64,000 bases of DNA from Atractiella rhizophila (lineage: Eukaryota), in contig MU271241.1 in the NCBI GenBank assembly GCA_021432655.1, positions 31,988-95,987 of the forward strand, given 5' to 3'. The notes beneath the pieces are model-generated. The model saw only the letters and a list, made by a program, of their open reading frames with translations, was not told the origin of the DNA and did no database searches. Both the position numbers and the translations under genes were made by a program. Positions 63,465-64,000 of the stretch are shown here, one piece after another. How positions within the stretch are numbered: position 1 is the first letter of the stretch; each line of letters begins with the position of its first letter.

Positions 63465-64000
63465 TTAATTCGACTCCTTCCAATCCAGCAACAGTCCCCT
63501 CTTCTCCATCCAGGCTAGGTACTCCTCCCAAACCCGACTACCTCTCCAGGTTTGAACATCCCCAAAGTCCCTCATGTAAAGCCAGAACTCGGTATTCTGC
63601 CTCAATTTGAGCGTCAACTGATTCCCAAGGACAAAAAGTGCCCTTTTTGCCCTCGTCAAGGACACATTCAATCGACGTTTATCCTCCAGAAATCCAACGT
63701 GTCCGCCTTTATTGCTCCGAACGGTCGACAGAACAATGACCTCCTTTTCCCTCCCTTGGAATCCATCGACCGTATTGACTTCGACATCAGCGAGAGACTG
63801 TATGCGATCGGATGGGACGTCCCCTTTAAAGAGGAGCTGGAGAGAGAATGGATCCCTCAATTTCTCCCAGATGAGAGTCGTCTGTGCAGCGTAAGGAGTG
63901 ATGATTCCCATATCCGAACCCTTCAGCTCCGGGTTCTTCATCAGCAAATCACCCAAGATGAGAGCGCTGATGTCCGCCTCGCGCTCATTAGAATAACTCC
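63465..64000 (-). CDS. Superfamily 1 (UPF1/SEN1/HCS1-like) helicase, C-terminal part; runs off the window
   Basis: GIITPYAAQ, VNTVDGFQGREKEVIVLSTVRSN, GFLEDKRRLNVSLTRAK. Confidence 0.93.
   Translation of the reverse strand, partial: SYSNEREADISALILGDLLMKNPELKGSDMGIITPYAAQTTLIWEKLRDPFSLQLLFKGDVPSDRIQSLADVEVNTVDGFQGREKEVIVLSTVRSNKGGHVGFLEDKRRLNVSLTRAKRALFVLGNQLTLKLRQNTEFWLYMRDFGDVQTWRGSRVWEEYLAWMEKRGLLLDWKESN

Overview
Gene-dense, intron-rich fungal DNA. Short GT-AG introns (the ones I counted are mostly 47-57 nt) with CTRAY branch points and the gene content point to a basidiomycete (inference). Most ORF-track entries are exon fragments or antisense shadows, so gene models were rebuilt by hand across introns and internal boundaries are approximate. 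About 27 coding loci are supported. Housekeeping and regulatory genes include SmD1, dynactin p27, Spc34-like, KTI12, a Vnx1-type CAX, a PAP2 phosphatase, Snt1-like, RPC11, VPS4, Nup82-like, a SF1 helicase 3' end, a PA-RING ligase and a Zn2Cys6 factor. Accessory genes include an arrestin-fold protein, a divergent cyclophilin-like protein, three MOSC-less Moco-sulfurase-like PLP enzymes, a three-repeat secreted protein, an AKR7-type reductase array, DUF427, a FIST-like gene, a damaged P450 and an AEC-family transporter. Three independent tandem duplications lie within 46 kb. The best candidate for something undescribed is a 141-nt, multi-stem intron (58584-58724) in the AEC transporter: its probable branch point sits in a hairpin with a mutually exclusive pairing partner, like a splicing riboswitch, but it does not match the TPP consensus. 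This was folded by eye and is a hypothesis. No rRNA, convincing tRNA, CRISPR array or intact transposon was seen.
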